Below are positions 1-8,996 of a stretch of 64,000 nucleotides of DNA, piece by piece. Position 1 is the first letter of the stretch; each line of letters begins with the position of its first letter. The stretch lies in NCBI GenBank assembly GCA_965248925.1, contig CBDFLE010000006.1:2272001-2336000 (forward strand), in the 5' to 3' direction. The DNA is from Candidatus Multivoradales bacterium. GTDB lineage: Bacteria; Acidobacteriota; Thermoanaerobaculia; Multivoradales; J023. A model generated the notes under the pieces. The model was not told where the DNA came from, did not search any database, and worked only from the letters and a program-made list of their open reading frames with translations. Both the position numbers and the translations under genes were made by a program.

Positions 1-339
1 CGCAAACACATCAGCGAGATGACCGGCGATGGCAGTCATTCTGTGTTTATCAACAGCGACGGCGACGCGCTGCAGATCGAGGTCGACGAAGACTCCTACC
101 AGTGGATCAGCGGTGACGACGATGAGAGTGCCCACGCCGCTATGGCCCATGTCATCCGCATGCAAACCACGGATCCAGCGCAGCGCCTGATCGACTCCGG
201 TGTGCTCGATGAACTCGACGCGGCAACCCGGCAGAAGATCCTCGACGAATTGCGCAAGGTTGAATCACCCCACGCAGGCCAGACCAAGGTGATGATCCGC
301 AAACACCACGACGACAGCGAGCAACAGAAAATCCCCTAG
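1..339 (+). CDS. C-terminal part of a hypothetical protein (5' end outside window)
   Basis: Frame 1 is open from base 1 (RKHISEMTGD...) to TAG at 337-339; acidic sequence with no recognisable family motif. Confidence 0.6.
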   Translation, partial: RKHISEMTGDGSHSVFINSDGDALQIEVDEDSYQWISGDDDESAHAAMAHVIRMQTTDPAQRLIDSGVLDELDAATRQKILDELRKVESPHAGQTKVMIRKHHDDSEQQKIP

Positions 340-443
340 AGTTACCCGCAGACCAGCCTGACTCAGGGGCCGGTCTGCCTCGTTTACAGCCGCCCAAAGA
401 CCGGCCTGGGTTCATCCCTATTGAGGGGTAGAATCCACCCTCC

Positions 444-1532
444 ATGAGCGCCCCAACCCGCCCCCTAGTGCTCGGCATCGAGAGTTCCTGCGACGACACC
501 GCCTGCGCGGTTCTCGACGGCGCTGGCCGAGTATTGTCCTCGGCGGTTTCTAGCCAAATCGCCGCCCACCGGCCATTCGGCGGCGTGGTTCCCGAGATTG
601 CCTCACGCCAACACCTGGAAGCCTGGCCGACGACCAGCGCCGAAGCCCTCGAAGAAGCCGGCGTGGAACTCGACCAAATCGACCTGGTGGCCGCCACCCG
701 CGGACCTGGATTGATCGGCTGCTTGCTAGTCGGACTGGCCCTCGGGCGCTCGATCGCCTGGGGTTTGGACAAACCCTTCTACGGTACCCACCACTTGGAG
801 GGGCACCTTTACTCCCCCTTCCTCGACTCGACGGGAGGCGCCGCGGCCATGCCCCCAGAGCGCTTCGTTTCCCTGGTGGTGTCGGGTGGCCACAGCTCCC
901 TGTTGCAGCTGCACGGCGGTCACATCGAAAGTCTCGCCGAGACCCGCGACGACGCCATGGGCGAAGTCTTCGACAAAGTCGGCAAACGCCTCGGCCTGGC
1001 CTACCCGCAGGGTCCCCAGGTCGACGAATTGGCCGAGTTGGGCACCGTCGAACGCGGGCACTTCAAAGTCAAACGCGCCAGGGACGAACTGTTCTTCACC
1101 TTCTCCGGTTTGAAGAGTCAAACCCTGAGAGAGATCGAGCGCCTTGAACAAAGAGGCCTGCTGACAGCGCTACCACGGGGCACTGAGCGCCGCGCCGCCG
1201 ACCTGCCTCAAGCTGCCCTCGATCTGCTGGCTGATTTTCGCGACGCCGCTGTGCGCCAGCTCGTCGACCGGCTAGAAAGGCTCCACCAAAGCCGGCCGCT
1301 GGGTTGCTTGGCGGTGTCAGGCGGGGTAGCCGCCAACCGCTTGCTGCGCCGCGAGTTGCGCCGCTGGGCTAGTGAGAGCCAAGTAGATCTCCGCCTGGTG
1401 CCCTTGGTCTACTCTGGCGACAACGCCGCGATGATCGCTTTCGCCGCCTTGATCCGCCATCGCCATGGCCAGGGGCCCGATGCCGACAGCCACCGAGTCG
1501 CCAGCCGCCTGCCCTTCGCCGCCGGCAATTGA
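444..1532 (+). CDS. tsaD: tRNA N6-adenosine threonylcarbamoyltransferase TsaD
   Basis: LGIESSCDDT, GGVVPEIASRQH, GPGL, HHLEGH metal motif, SGGHS, DDAMGEVFDKV, SGGVAAN, DNAAMIA. Confidence 0.97.
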   Translation: MSAPTRPLVLGIESSCDDTACAVLDGAGRVLSSAVSSQIAAHRPFGGVVPEIASRQHLEAWPTTSAEALEEAGVELDQIDLVAATRGPGLIGCLLVGLALGRSIAWGLDKPFYGTHHLEGHLYSPFLDSTGGAAAMPPERFVSLVVSGGHSSLLQLHGGHIESLAETRDDAMGEVFDKVGKRLGLAYPQGPQVDELAELGTVERGHFKVKRARDELFFTFSGLKSQTLREIERLEQRGLLTALPRGTERRAADLPQAALDLLADFRDAAVRQLVDRLERLHQSRPLGCLAVSGGVAANRLLRRELRRWASESQVDLRLVPLVYSGDNAAMIAFAALIRHRHGQGPDADSHRVASRLPFAAGN

Positions 1533-1549
1533 GCGCAGCCGCGCCCCAC

Positions 1550-2833
1550 TCAATGGGCGAAGCCAGAAACTACGTAAGTACCGGCTCGGCGATCCCGCTT
1601 GAGATGGATAATGCCCTTCTCCTGAGCATCTTCGAGCAGCCCGGAGAACGAGTTATAGCCGTAATAACCTTCGTTAAAAGAAGGCCGCTTGCGCTTCATC
1701 GTCTGCTTGATCATCGAGCCCCACAGCACTTCCTTATTCTCGCGGATCAAGGCCAACATGGCATCCACCATCAGGCCAAAAACCTCGGCATCGCGAGGCG
1801 ACAGATGGTCTAGCCGCGGCGCTTTCTGCCCATCCCGCCAGATATCCTCGTAATAGATGAACTCGTCGCAATTATCGACCAGCAGCTGCGAAGTCGAGTT
1901 CTTGATGCCAATACCGATGACGTACTTGTTATTCTCGCGCAGCTTCGACACCAACGGCGAGAAATCACTATCGCCCGAGACAATGGCAAAAGTGTCCAAA
2001 TGCTCCTTGGAATAGCAGAGATCCATGGCGTCCACCACCATCTTGATGTCGGCGCTGTTCTTGCCCGAATAGCGCTTGCGCGGGATGTCGATCAGCTCGA
2101 TCGCCGCTTCATGGAAAGGGCGCTTGTAGTCAGCGTAGCGCTGCCAATCGGCGTAGGCCCTCTTGGCGATGATCTTGCCCTTCTCGAGCAAGCGTTCGAG
2201 CAGCAATTGAATCTCGAACTTCTGGCCGTCCTTGCCCTCGATGTCGCGCACTCCGAGAGCCAGGTTCTCGAAATCGCAGAACATCGCGATATTGCGTTCG
2301 TCACTCTCTTGGCTGCGGTCAGGAGGCGCGTAAACCAGCTCTCGCGCATAGGCTTCCGCAGGCTCCCCGGCGGACGGTGGCGAATCCTGGACAGCTGGCG
2401 CAGCCCGCTCACCAGGTCGCGGCAACTCGACCACTGGAGCTGGCACCGACACCGGTGCAGCGGCTAGAGACGGAGCCTCTTCGGTTGCTGGAACACCTTC
2501 AATACGACGGTGACGACGGCGACGGCGACGGCGCTTGGGTCGCTCGGCGCGATTCTCATCCGCCGCCTCGACCACGGCTTCCGGGTCGGCTGTCACGGCC
2601 CGCGGTTCAGCCCCGGGCTCAGCTTCGTCAGTGGTCGCAGCCTCCTCCTGGTTGCTCAGCGGCTCACCAACCTCGGCGGCCGGCGCAGCCGGCTCAGGCT
2701 GGTCAACATCGCCCTGCCCATCCAAGGCAAAGTCCCCGGCCTCCGCCGCCACCTCGCGGCTCGCTGGCCGCGGCTGCGATTCGTCGTCTGAAGCCTGCTC
2801 ATCGCTGCTCGAACGTAACCACCAAGGTGCCAA
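1550..2833 (-). CDS. NYN (LabA/DUF88) domain protein with C-terminal OST-HTH/LOTUS domain and a disordered Arg/Pro-rich N-terminus
   Basis: MFCDFEN, AYADW, GKNSADIKMVVDAMD, SGDSDFSPLV, CDEFIYY; C-terminal PSFNEGYYGYNSFSGLLE. Start codon uncertain. Confidence 0.9.
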   Translation of the reverse strand: MAPWWLRSSSDEQASDDESQPRPASREVAAEAGDFALDGQGDVDQPEPAAPAAEVGEPLSNQEEAATTDEAEPGAEPRAVTADPEAVVEAADENRAERPKRRRRRRRHRRIEGVPATEEAPSLAAAPVSVPAPVVELPRPGERAAPAVQDSPPSAGEPAEAYARELVYAPPDRSQESDERNIAMFCDFENLALGVRDIEGKDGQKFEIQLLLERLLEKGKIIAKRAYADWQRYADYKRPFHEAAIELIDIPRKRYSGKNSADIKMVVDAMDLCYSKEHLDTFAIVSGDSDFSPLVSKLRENNKYVIGIGIKNSTSQLLVDNCDEFIYYEDIWRDGQKAPRLDHLSPRDAEVFGLMVDAMLALIRENKEVLWGSMIKQTMKRKRPSFNEGYYGYNSFSGLLEDAQEKGIIHLKRDRRAGTYVVSGFAH

Positions 2834-3118
2834 GAGACGCCTCCTTACTGCAGAATCGAAAAGTCAGTAAACTCGATCGATCCGGGCGTGCCCCCCCCCC
2901 GCCAATCAACACGGAGACCTCGACCATGGGGGCTCGCGGACGACGGGCGAAGGCGCCCTGGACCGAAGGCCGGTATCCTAGCATTGGCCACCAGCGGCCG
3001 GAGACGAAAGCAGCGATCAAGCCGCCTCAGCGTTGATATACTCAGCCCTCGCATCCACCTCCGCCGCCACGGCGACCATCGGCCGCGCCTCGGGCACGGC
3101 GCAGCACGAGTCGAGAAC

Positions 3119-3769
3119 TTGAGTAGCGAACCCTTACCCCTGAACTACCTCGCGGTCGACGGCCCCATCGGGGTTGGCAAGACCACCTTGGTAGACATGC
3201 TGGCGAAGCGCTTCGAGGGCGTCAAAGTGCTCGAGGACGTCACCAACCCATTCCTCGACGACTTCTACAAAGACCGTCCCGGGGCGCCATTCCAGACCCA
3301 GCTGTACTTCCTGCTATCGCGCTTCCAGCAGCAACAGGAGATCGTCCAGCGCGAACTCTTCCAACGCCTGGTGGTAGCCGACTACCCGTTCGTCAAAGAC
3401 CGCATCTTCGCCTACCTAAACCTCAGTGACGACGAGCTGATGCTCTACGACAAGCTCTACCAGGTACTCGAACCGCAGGTCCCCCAGCCCGACCTGCTGC
3501 TCTATCTGGCGGCCGACGTCGACACCTGCATGGAGCGCATCAAGCGCCGCAACCGCACCTTCGAGCGCAACATGGCCCCCGAGTACCTGCAAGAGTTGCT
3601 CGACGCCTACAACCACTACTACCAGTACCACGCCGCATGCCCGGTGCTGGTGGTCGACACCCGGGACCTCAACTTCCCCAACCGTCCGGGAGACTTCGAA
3701 GAACTCATCGAGCAGTTACGCCGGCCGATCAAAGGCACCCAGCACTACGTACCGATGGCCCGTCGCTGA
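3119..3769 (+). CDS. Deoxynucleoside kinase (dNK family)
   Basis: P-loop VDGPIGVGKTT, NPFLDDFY, FQTQLYFLLSRF, PDLLLYL, RIKRRNR. TTG start at 3119 preferred over the longer ORF start at 2888. Confidence 0.93.
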   Translation: MSSEPLPLNYLAVDGPIGVGKTTLVDMLAKRFEGVKVLEDVTNPFLDDFYKDRPGAPFQTQLYFLLSRFQQQQEIVQRELFQRLVVADYPFVKDRIFAYLNLSDDELMLYDKLYQVLEPQVPQPDLLLYLAADVDTCMERIKRRNRTFERNMAPEYLQELLDAYNHYYQYHAACPVLVVDTRDLNFPNRPGDFEELIEQLRRPIKGTQHYVPMARR

Positions 3770-3856
3770 GCGCCCAGCTTCGGCCCCCAGCCCGAGCCCT
3801 CGGGCATCCACCGCACCGCGCTCCGCGAGAGCGCTCAAGATATCGAGATTCAAGCC

Positions 3857-4672
3857 ATGAGCCCCACCACCGAGACCCTCGCAGTCGACCCCAGCCTGGC
3901 CATCCAACCCCTGCGGATCGCCGACCGCACCTTCACCTCGCGCCTGTTGCTGGGCACCGGCAAATATCCCGACAGCCAGACCATGGTGCGAGCGCTCGAA
4001 GTTTCCGGCACCGAGATCGTCACCGTCGCCCTACGGCGGGTCAATCTCAGTGACCCCGACGGCGAAGCCTTCATCCACCATGTCGACCGCCAGCGCTACC
4101 TCTTCCTGCCCAACACTGCCGGCTGCTACGCCGCTGAGGAAGCCGTGCGCACCGCCCGTCTGGCACGCGAACTCGGCGGCTGGGATTGGGTCAAGCTAGA
4201 AGTGATTGGCGACAAGAAGACCCTCTTCCCCGACAACCGCGAGTTGCTAGCCGCCACCGAAACCCTGGTTGGCGAAGGCTTCACCGTGTTGCCCTACACC
4301 AACGACGACCCCGTCGTCTGTCGCCAGCTCGAAGAGCTAGGCGCCGCCGCGGTCATGCCCCTAGGAGCGCCCATCGGCTCCGGGATGGGCATTCGCAACC
4401 CCGCCAACCTGCGAATCATCATCGAACAAGCTGGAGTACCCGTGATCGTCGATGCTGGCGTCGGCACCGCCAGCGACGCCGCCGTCGCCCTAGAGCTAGG
4501 TGCCGATGGAGTGCTAATGAACACCGGCATTGCCTGTGCCCAAGACCCCGTGCGCATGGCCCACGCCATGAAGCTCGCCGTCGAAGCCGGCTGGCAAGCC
4601 GCCCACGCCGGCCGCATCCAGCAAAACCTCTACGCCATCGCCAGTTCCCCAGTCCAAGGACTCATCGAGTAG
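3857..4672 (+). CDS. thiG: Thiazole synthase
   Basis: [64 protein letters not shown]. Confidence 0.97.
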   Translation: MSPTTETLAVDPSLAIQPLRIADRTFTSRLLLGTGKYPDSQTMVRALEVSGTEIVTVALRRVNLSDPDGEAFIHHVDRQRYLFLPNTAGCYAAEEAVRTARLARELGGWDWVKLEVIGDKKTLFPDNRELLAATETLVGEGFTVLPYTNDDPVVCRQLEELGAAAVMPLGAPIGSGMGIRNPANLRIIIEQAGVPVIVDAGVGTASDAAVALELGADGVLMNTGIACAQDPVRMAHAMKLAVEAGWQAAHAGRIQQNLYAIASSPVQGLIE

Positions 4673-4684
4673 GATGCCCAGGGC

Positions 4685-4713
4685 TTGCAGCCGACCATTT
4701 CATCGGCTACAAT
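4685..4713 (+). promoter_or_regulatory. Sigma70-type promoter of tRNA-Arg
   Basis: TTGCAG-17 nt-TACAAT, ending 27 nt upstream of the tRNA. Confidence 0.7.
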
Positions 4714-4740
4714 CCCGCTCCGCGCCGTCCGGCGCGACAT

Positions 4741-4817
4741 GCACCCGTAGCTCAACTGGATAGAGCGTCTGACTACGGATCAGGAGGTTAGGGGTTCGAC
4801 TCCCTTCGGGTGCACCA
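4741..4817 (+). tRNA. tRNA-Arg (anticodon ACG)
   Basis: GCACCCG...CGGGTGC acceptor stem with encoded ACCA, D-arm GCTC/GAGC, anticodon arm TCTGA-CTACGGA-TCAGG, T-loop GTTCGAC. Confidence 0.97.
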
Positions 4818-4831
4818 TTTAACTCCCTTGA

Positions 4832-4905
4832 AATCAACTAATTAGGCACACCACTCGGCTACTGCTGTGTTCTCTGTTTCTGGAAAGTAACCAGGAAGTA
4901 ACCAG
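4832..4905 (+). promoter_or_regulatory. att-arm region: IHF-consensus site plus tandem 10-bp direct repeat (putative integrase arm sites)
   Basis: AATCAACTAATTA at 4832-4844 matches WATCAANNNNTTR exactly; AAGTAACCAG occurs at 4885-4894 and 4896-4905. Confidence 0.6.
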
Positions 4906-4920
4906 AGCAGATGTGCTCAT

Positions 4921-4955
4921 GTGAGCCACCCTTCGCCTCTCCTGCGCCTTTGTAG
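4921..4955 (+). promoter_or_regulatory. Putative ECF-sigma promoter motif (copy 1)
   Basis: GTGAGCCAC-N12-CTGCGCCTTTGTAG. The same bipartite motif with identical spacing lies at 42907-42941 (minus strand) between the ECF sigma and kinase genes. Confidence 0.55.
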
Positions 4956-4993
4956 AGCGAACTCATCTGAGTTCGCCTGGAAGAACTCGCCCA

Positions 4994-6298
4994 ATGAAGG
5001 GGGGAACGGTGGCGGATCTATGGTGGTACCCGATTGGTTTCGTGGCAGCCCTACTGGGGTATGTCCAGTTGCACAATGCCCGGAGTGGTCGCCAGAAAGC
5101 CGGCTCCCTATTCTGGGCTGGTGGCGCTGCCTACCTCGCCTTCCGGAACTTTTGGCTCTTCGAGTACGCCGATACGGATCGGTTGATCTGGTTTGCTCTG
5201 ATCTTCTGTGCCGCCAGCCCCGTGCTTGGCTATCTGTGGTGGGGGCGTGACGGTGAGATTCGGCGAAGATTCTTCCGCATGCTTCTGTTCTTGGCGCTGT
5301 TGACCGTGGGATTCGTCGGTTGGTCGTTTGTCGTGGAATCACCCTTGGCAGTCCTGGTGTTGGCTCTCTCTACCGCTGTCCTCCCGTTCCTTCCCGCACG
5401 AAAGTTCCGGGGCTGGCTTACTCGACGCCGTCTGGTCGCCAGGGGTCGCGACGAGCAGCGCCAAGCCCATCAGCTCAGTGAAGCCGAGCATCGACAGCAA
5501 GAGATCGAGCTTGCCCAATCTCACCAAGCGCAAGCCGCGACCCAGCGTCAGCTCACGACAAAGGAAAAGCAGGTCGCTGCCCTCAAGCGCAAAGATGCGC
5601 AGCGGCGCCAAAAGAAGGAACTGCGCCGACAAGAGATCTCTGGCCAGATTCAGCAGCTGCGCGAAGCCGAAGTGGAACAAGTGCAGCGTGGCAAACCAGA
5701 TCTCCGCTTCCATGCCGACTACGGTTTCCTGATAGCCGAAGCTTGGCGCGTGCTCCGCGCGCAGATCGCCCGTGGTGACCGTGTGCCCGCGGTCGAGCAC
5801 GACGCCTTCTTTTTCCAGGTCGTTGAGGAGTTGCTCGCAGCCGAAGATTTCGAAGGGCGGTACTTCCATGCCAAAGGTCGGAAAGCGATCACCACCGCCA
5901 ATCGCTATCTCGCCGGGCGTGTTCCGCTGCGGAAGGCGGTACGCCAAATCCAACGTCTGCGCTTGACCCCGGCGCAGCTGGCCCCGGAACCGCTTCAACA
6001 CGGTGTAGGGGCCGAGCTGCTCGAAGTGTGGCTCGTGCCCCACCGCCGCTTGCAGGCGGCGCAATGGGAGGAATTCCAAGACGGGAACCACACCTACCAT
6101 GTGCAGATCATGACCGTCTGGACCCGGAGGGGGAAAGGGAGCGGCCAACCCAATCGCCAGCAGTGGCAAGACCTCTGGGATGAGCAACCGGCGTTGTTCC
6201 TGAAGCCCGTCACCACGTCAACAGCGCAGTCACGGCAGAAAGCATCCCCATGGCGGAAAGTGGTTTCCAGTATCTCGCAGCGCGTCAAAGCCAGATAG
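4994..6298 (+). CDS. Hypothetical membrane protein (about 5 N-terminal TM helices, Gln/Arg-rich coiled coil, C-terminal globular domain)
   Basis: 434-aa ORF with hydrophobic segments in the first 135 aa followed by a Q/R/E/K-rich helix; overlaps the start of the coupling-protein gene. Confidence 0.75.
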   Translation: MKGGTVADLWWYPIGFVAALLGYVQLHNARSGRQKAGSLFWAGGAAYLAFRNFWLFEYADTDRLIWFALIFCAASPVLGYLWWGRDGEIRRRFFRMLLFLALLTVGFVGWSFVVESPLAVLVLALSTAVLPFLPARKFRGWLTRRRLVARGRDEQRQAHQLSEAEHRQQEIELAQSHQAQAATQRQLTTKEKQVAALKRKDAQRRQKKELRRQEISGQIQQLREAEVEQVQRGKPDLRFHADYGFLIAEAWRVLRAQIARGDRVPAVEHDAFFFQVVEELLAAEDFEGRYFHAKGRKAITTANRYLAGRVPLRKAVRQIQRLRLTPAQLAPEPLQHGVGAELLEVWLVPHRRLQAAQWEEFQDGNHTYHVQIMTVWTRRGKGSGQPNRQQWQDLWDEQPALFLKPVTTSTAQSRQKASPWRKVVSSISQRVKAR

Positions 6299-8172
6299 AC
6301 CACCGCGTCCACGCCGGGAATCGGTTCGCTGGCGGACAGGCGGTTTGGCTGAGCGAGAAAGAGCGCGCGGTGCACACCTATGTCTGCGGTGTGTCCGGCT
6401 CCGGCAAGAGCCGTTTTCTCCAAAATCTGCTGTTCCAAGATATTGGGAAAGGGCATCCCGTCGCGCTGATCGACCCGATGGGCGACCTCTACCGCAGCGT
6501 GCTCGAGTTCGTCGCCACCGGTTTGGAACGCGCCGCAGAATGCGGCTTCACCCGCCGTGAGCTGCTGCCGCGCTATCTCTTTCTCGACGCATCTGACGAA
6601 GGAAACTCTCTGCAACTAAACCCGTTCGAGAGTAGCCCGCACGAAAGCAGCGAACAGCAAGTGGACGACCTGATGAAGGCGCTCGAACGTCTGTTCGATG
6701 GAAAGCTCGAAGAACAGCGCCGACTGAGAAATGTGCTGCGCGCCACCTTTATCCTGATCGCTGAACTCAACCGTCTACCCTTGCGGCAGCGCCCACCGCT
6801 CCTGGGCTTCATCGCCGACACCAGCTATCCGCTGACGCTGTTCTCTGCCCCCGACATTCTCAACATGAAGAACAACGAGCGGCAGCTGCTGCTCGATGCC
6901 CTTCCTTCCTCACCTCGTCTGCATTTCCAGCGGCAGTACTGGCAAAATCTGGCGCAGAATCCGCGTGAACAGAGCCAGATCGTGCAATCGAGCTGGAACG
7001 TCCTGCAGTACCTGCTCGCCGATGACCTGGTGCTGCGAGTGTTCGGCACACAGCGCAGCACCTTCGACTTCACGACCCTGCTGCGTGACGGCATCAGCCT
7101 GTTCTGCTTTCTCCCGAAGAACGAGAATCTCGCCGGAGCGCGCTTCCTCGGCAAGTACCTGACGACGAAGCTCCAGCACACCGCGTATCGCCGACCACAG
7201 GCGGAATGGCAGCGGGCGTACGCCCTCTACCTCGACGAATTCCACCACTTCGTTGACCAAACCTTCGCCGACGCCATGACCAATCTGCGGAAATTTGGTC
7301 TGCGGGTGACCAACGCGCACCAGACCCAATCCCAGCCGCCCTTCGACACCCGTGAAGGACAGTCACTGCTGAAAACCATCCGCGCCAACTCCCGCGTGAA
7401 GGTGCTCTTCCGCCTCGATCGCCCCGATGCCGAGCAGCTGAGCAAGGAGCTGTTCCAACTCACGCAGCAACGGGCGAACTTTCAGGCGACGGATCAGACG
7501 CAGGGAAGCTCTGAACAGCAAAGCAGTAGCCTGGCGCATTCGTCCGGCCAAACAACCGGCAGCGGCACGAGTTCGAGCCAGTCAAGTGCCCACAACACGG
7601 GTTCGTCCAGCTCGATGCGCGAAGATTCCGGCGGAGACCTACTGGGTGGCCAGGGTACGTCGGCAGGAAACAGCCTGAGCAGAAATCGCGGCCATTCTGA
7701 ACACTTCGGGTCTTCGGCGAGTGAACAGCGGACGCTCGGACAGTCGAAGAGCACTTCAGAATCTCGCACCACTCGCACGATCTACCACACCCTCGAAGGC
7801 GAGCGCGAGCTGCTGATCAACCAGCTTCAACACTTGCCCGATCGGCAGTGCTACGTCTCCACGGCGTCACTCCAGGCCGAGTTGGTCGAAACGCCCTACG
7901 TACCCGACAGCCACTACGCCTACGTCGCGGAGAATTTGCCGGAGCGGATCTTGGAGTTGCAGCGGGAGCGGCTGGCGGAGGGCCAGCGCGAGGAGTTTCA
8001 GAAGCCAGAAGTGAGGATGCTGCCGGCGGCGCAGGTGGTGGAGATCGAAGTGGCAGCGGCGCCAGAGGTGGTCGAGGTGGCTGCGATTGAAACAGTCGCA
8101 GAGGTTGAAGAGACGGTGGTGGAGCTGGCAGTGCTAGAGGTGCAGGACGAGGATGATCCGTTCTTGGACTAG
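6250..8172 (+). CDS. Type IV coupling protein-like ATPase (TraD/TraG/HerA-FtsK superfamily)
   Basis: HTYVCGVSGSGKS (Walker A), LIDPMGDL, LNPF, LYLDEFHHF (Walker B), LRKFGL..AHQ, and a Ser/Gly/Thr-rich insert near the C-terminus. Confidence 0.88.
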   Translation: MAESGFQYLAARQSQIDHRVHAGNRFAGGQAVWLSEKERAVHTYVCGVSGSGKSRFLQNLLFQDIGKGHPVALIDPMGDLYRSVLEFVATGLERAAECGFTRRELLPRYLFLDASDEGNSLQLNPFESSPHESSEQQVDDLMKALERLFDGKLEEQRRLRNVLRATFILIAELNRLPLRQRPPLLGFIADTSYPLTLFSAPDILNMKNNERQLLLDALPSSPRLHFQRQYWQNLAQNPREQSQIVQSSWNVLQYLLADDLVLRVFGTQRSTFDFTTLLRDGISLFCFLPKNENLAGARFLGKYLTTKLQHTAYRRPQAEWQRAYALYLDEFHHFVDQTFADAMTNLRKFGLRVTNAHQTQSQPPFDTREGQSLLKTIRANSRVKVLFRLDRPDAEQLSKELFQLTQQRANFQATDQTQGSSEQQSSSLAHSSGQTTGSGTSSSQSSAHNTGSSSSMREDSGGDLLGGQGTSAGNSLSRNRGHSEHFGSSASEQRTLGQSKSTSESRTTRTIYHTLEGERELLINQLQHLPDRQCYVSTASLQAELVETPYVPDSHYAYVAENLPERILELQRERLAEGQREEFQKPEVRMLPAAQVVEIEVAAAPEVVEVAAIETVAEVEETVVELAVLEVQDEDDPFLD

Positions 8173-8981
8173 CCGGTTTCTTCTCCACCGCCCTTCTCCG
8201 CAATCGGGCTGTAGGCCCAACCCAATCGATATTTGCTTTCGCAATTCGAACATTTGATTACTTGTCCAATCCGGATCAAGCGGTTCTGGATGTACATTGC
8301 CTCTCGGCAATTTTGACAAACGACCCTCGTTTCCGGAATCTTGACGATCCATTCTTCTCCATCCTCTGTACGCTCCGCTTCGTGCTCAGCGCCACAGTCT
8401 GGATCAAGACAGATAGCCTTTCCCGACTCTTGCAATCCGTCATCGTTACAAACCACCTTCTGTCCGCAGGCGAGGCAGTCAAATTCTACATTTATGGCGA
8501 GACCCGCATCCATTGAGCTGGCTACTACAGGCCCAAGTTCCTCTAACATTCTCGAAAGTGCAGCGCGCATCTTTTCTAATCTGACCGGGTACGGTAGCCT
8601 GGGCGTAACGAACGGCTGATCTTCGTGAAGGTAGCTTCCGAGCTTGTTGTAGTGCTTCTGGACCCACTTGTACTTCACGGTGCGATGGGTTCCCATATGC
8701 TGCCATTTTTCGCCAGGCACCCCTAGCTCTGTTTCTCGCGCCATACGGAGGGTGAAGTCCTCGTCAGCGTTTGGCTCCAGTTGCAAAAGCGCCTTAAGTG
8801 CCTGGGGCGGTTGCCACTTTTTCTTTACCGACGCGGGAAGGCGGCTGGCATAGGTCTTGAGTTTGGAGTAGACGATGTCTTCCAGGCACAACCTCAGCTC
8901 CAAGGCGGCGTAGATCAATCGGTCGTCGTCGCCCGACTCAAGATGTTCTTTGGCTCTCCGATAATGCTCTCTCTTCGACAC
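8169..8981 (-). CDS. Hypothetical protein with four Cys-pair (Zn-ribbon) motifs
   Basis: GTG start with a GGAGGAG RBS; YAALELRLCLE helix, YNKLGSYLH; CLAC, CLDPDC, CQNC, CSNC; more AT-rich than its neighbours. Confidence 0.8.
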   Translation of the reverse strand: MSKREHYRRAKEHLESGDDDRLIYAALELRLCLEDIVYSKLKTYASRLPASVKKKWQPPQALKALLQLEPNADEDFTLRMARETELGVPGEKWQHMGTHRTVKYKWVQKHYNKLGSYLHEDQPFVTPRLPYPVRLEKMRAALSRMLEELGPVVASSMDAGLAINVEFDCLACGQKVVCNDDGLQESGKAICLDPDCGAEHEAERTEDGEEWIVKIPETRVVCQNCREAMYIQNRLIRIGQVIKCSNCESKYRLGWAYSPIAEKGGGEETG

Positions 8982-8996
8982 TGTTCTCCTCCCAAG

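Noticed and set aside
2888-3118. N-terminal extension of the deoxynucleoside kinase ORF
   Set aside because: Arg/Pro-rich translation of what is probably intergenic DNA; family similarity starts near 3119.
7490-7780. Ser/Gly/Thr-rich low-complexity stretch in the coupling ATPase
   Set aside because: Such inserts are common in this protein family; there is no nucleotide-level repeat or intein motif.
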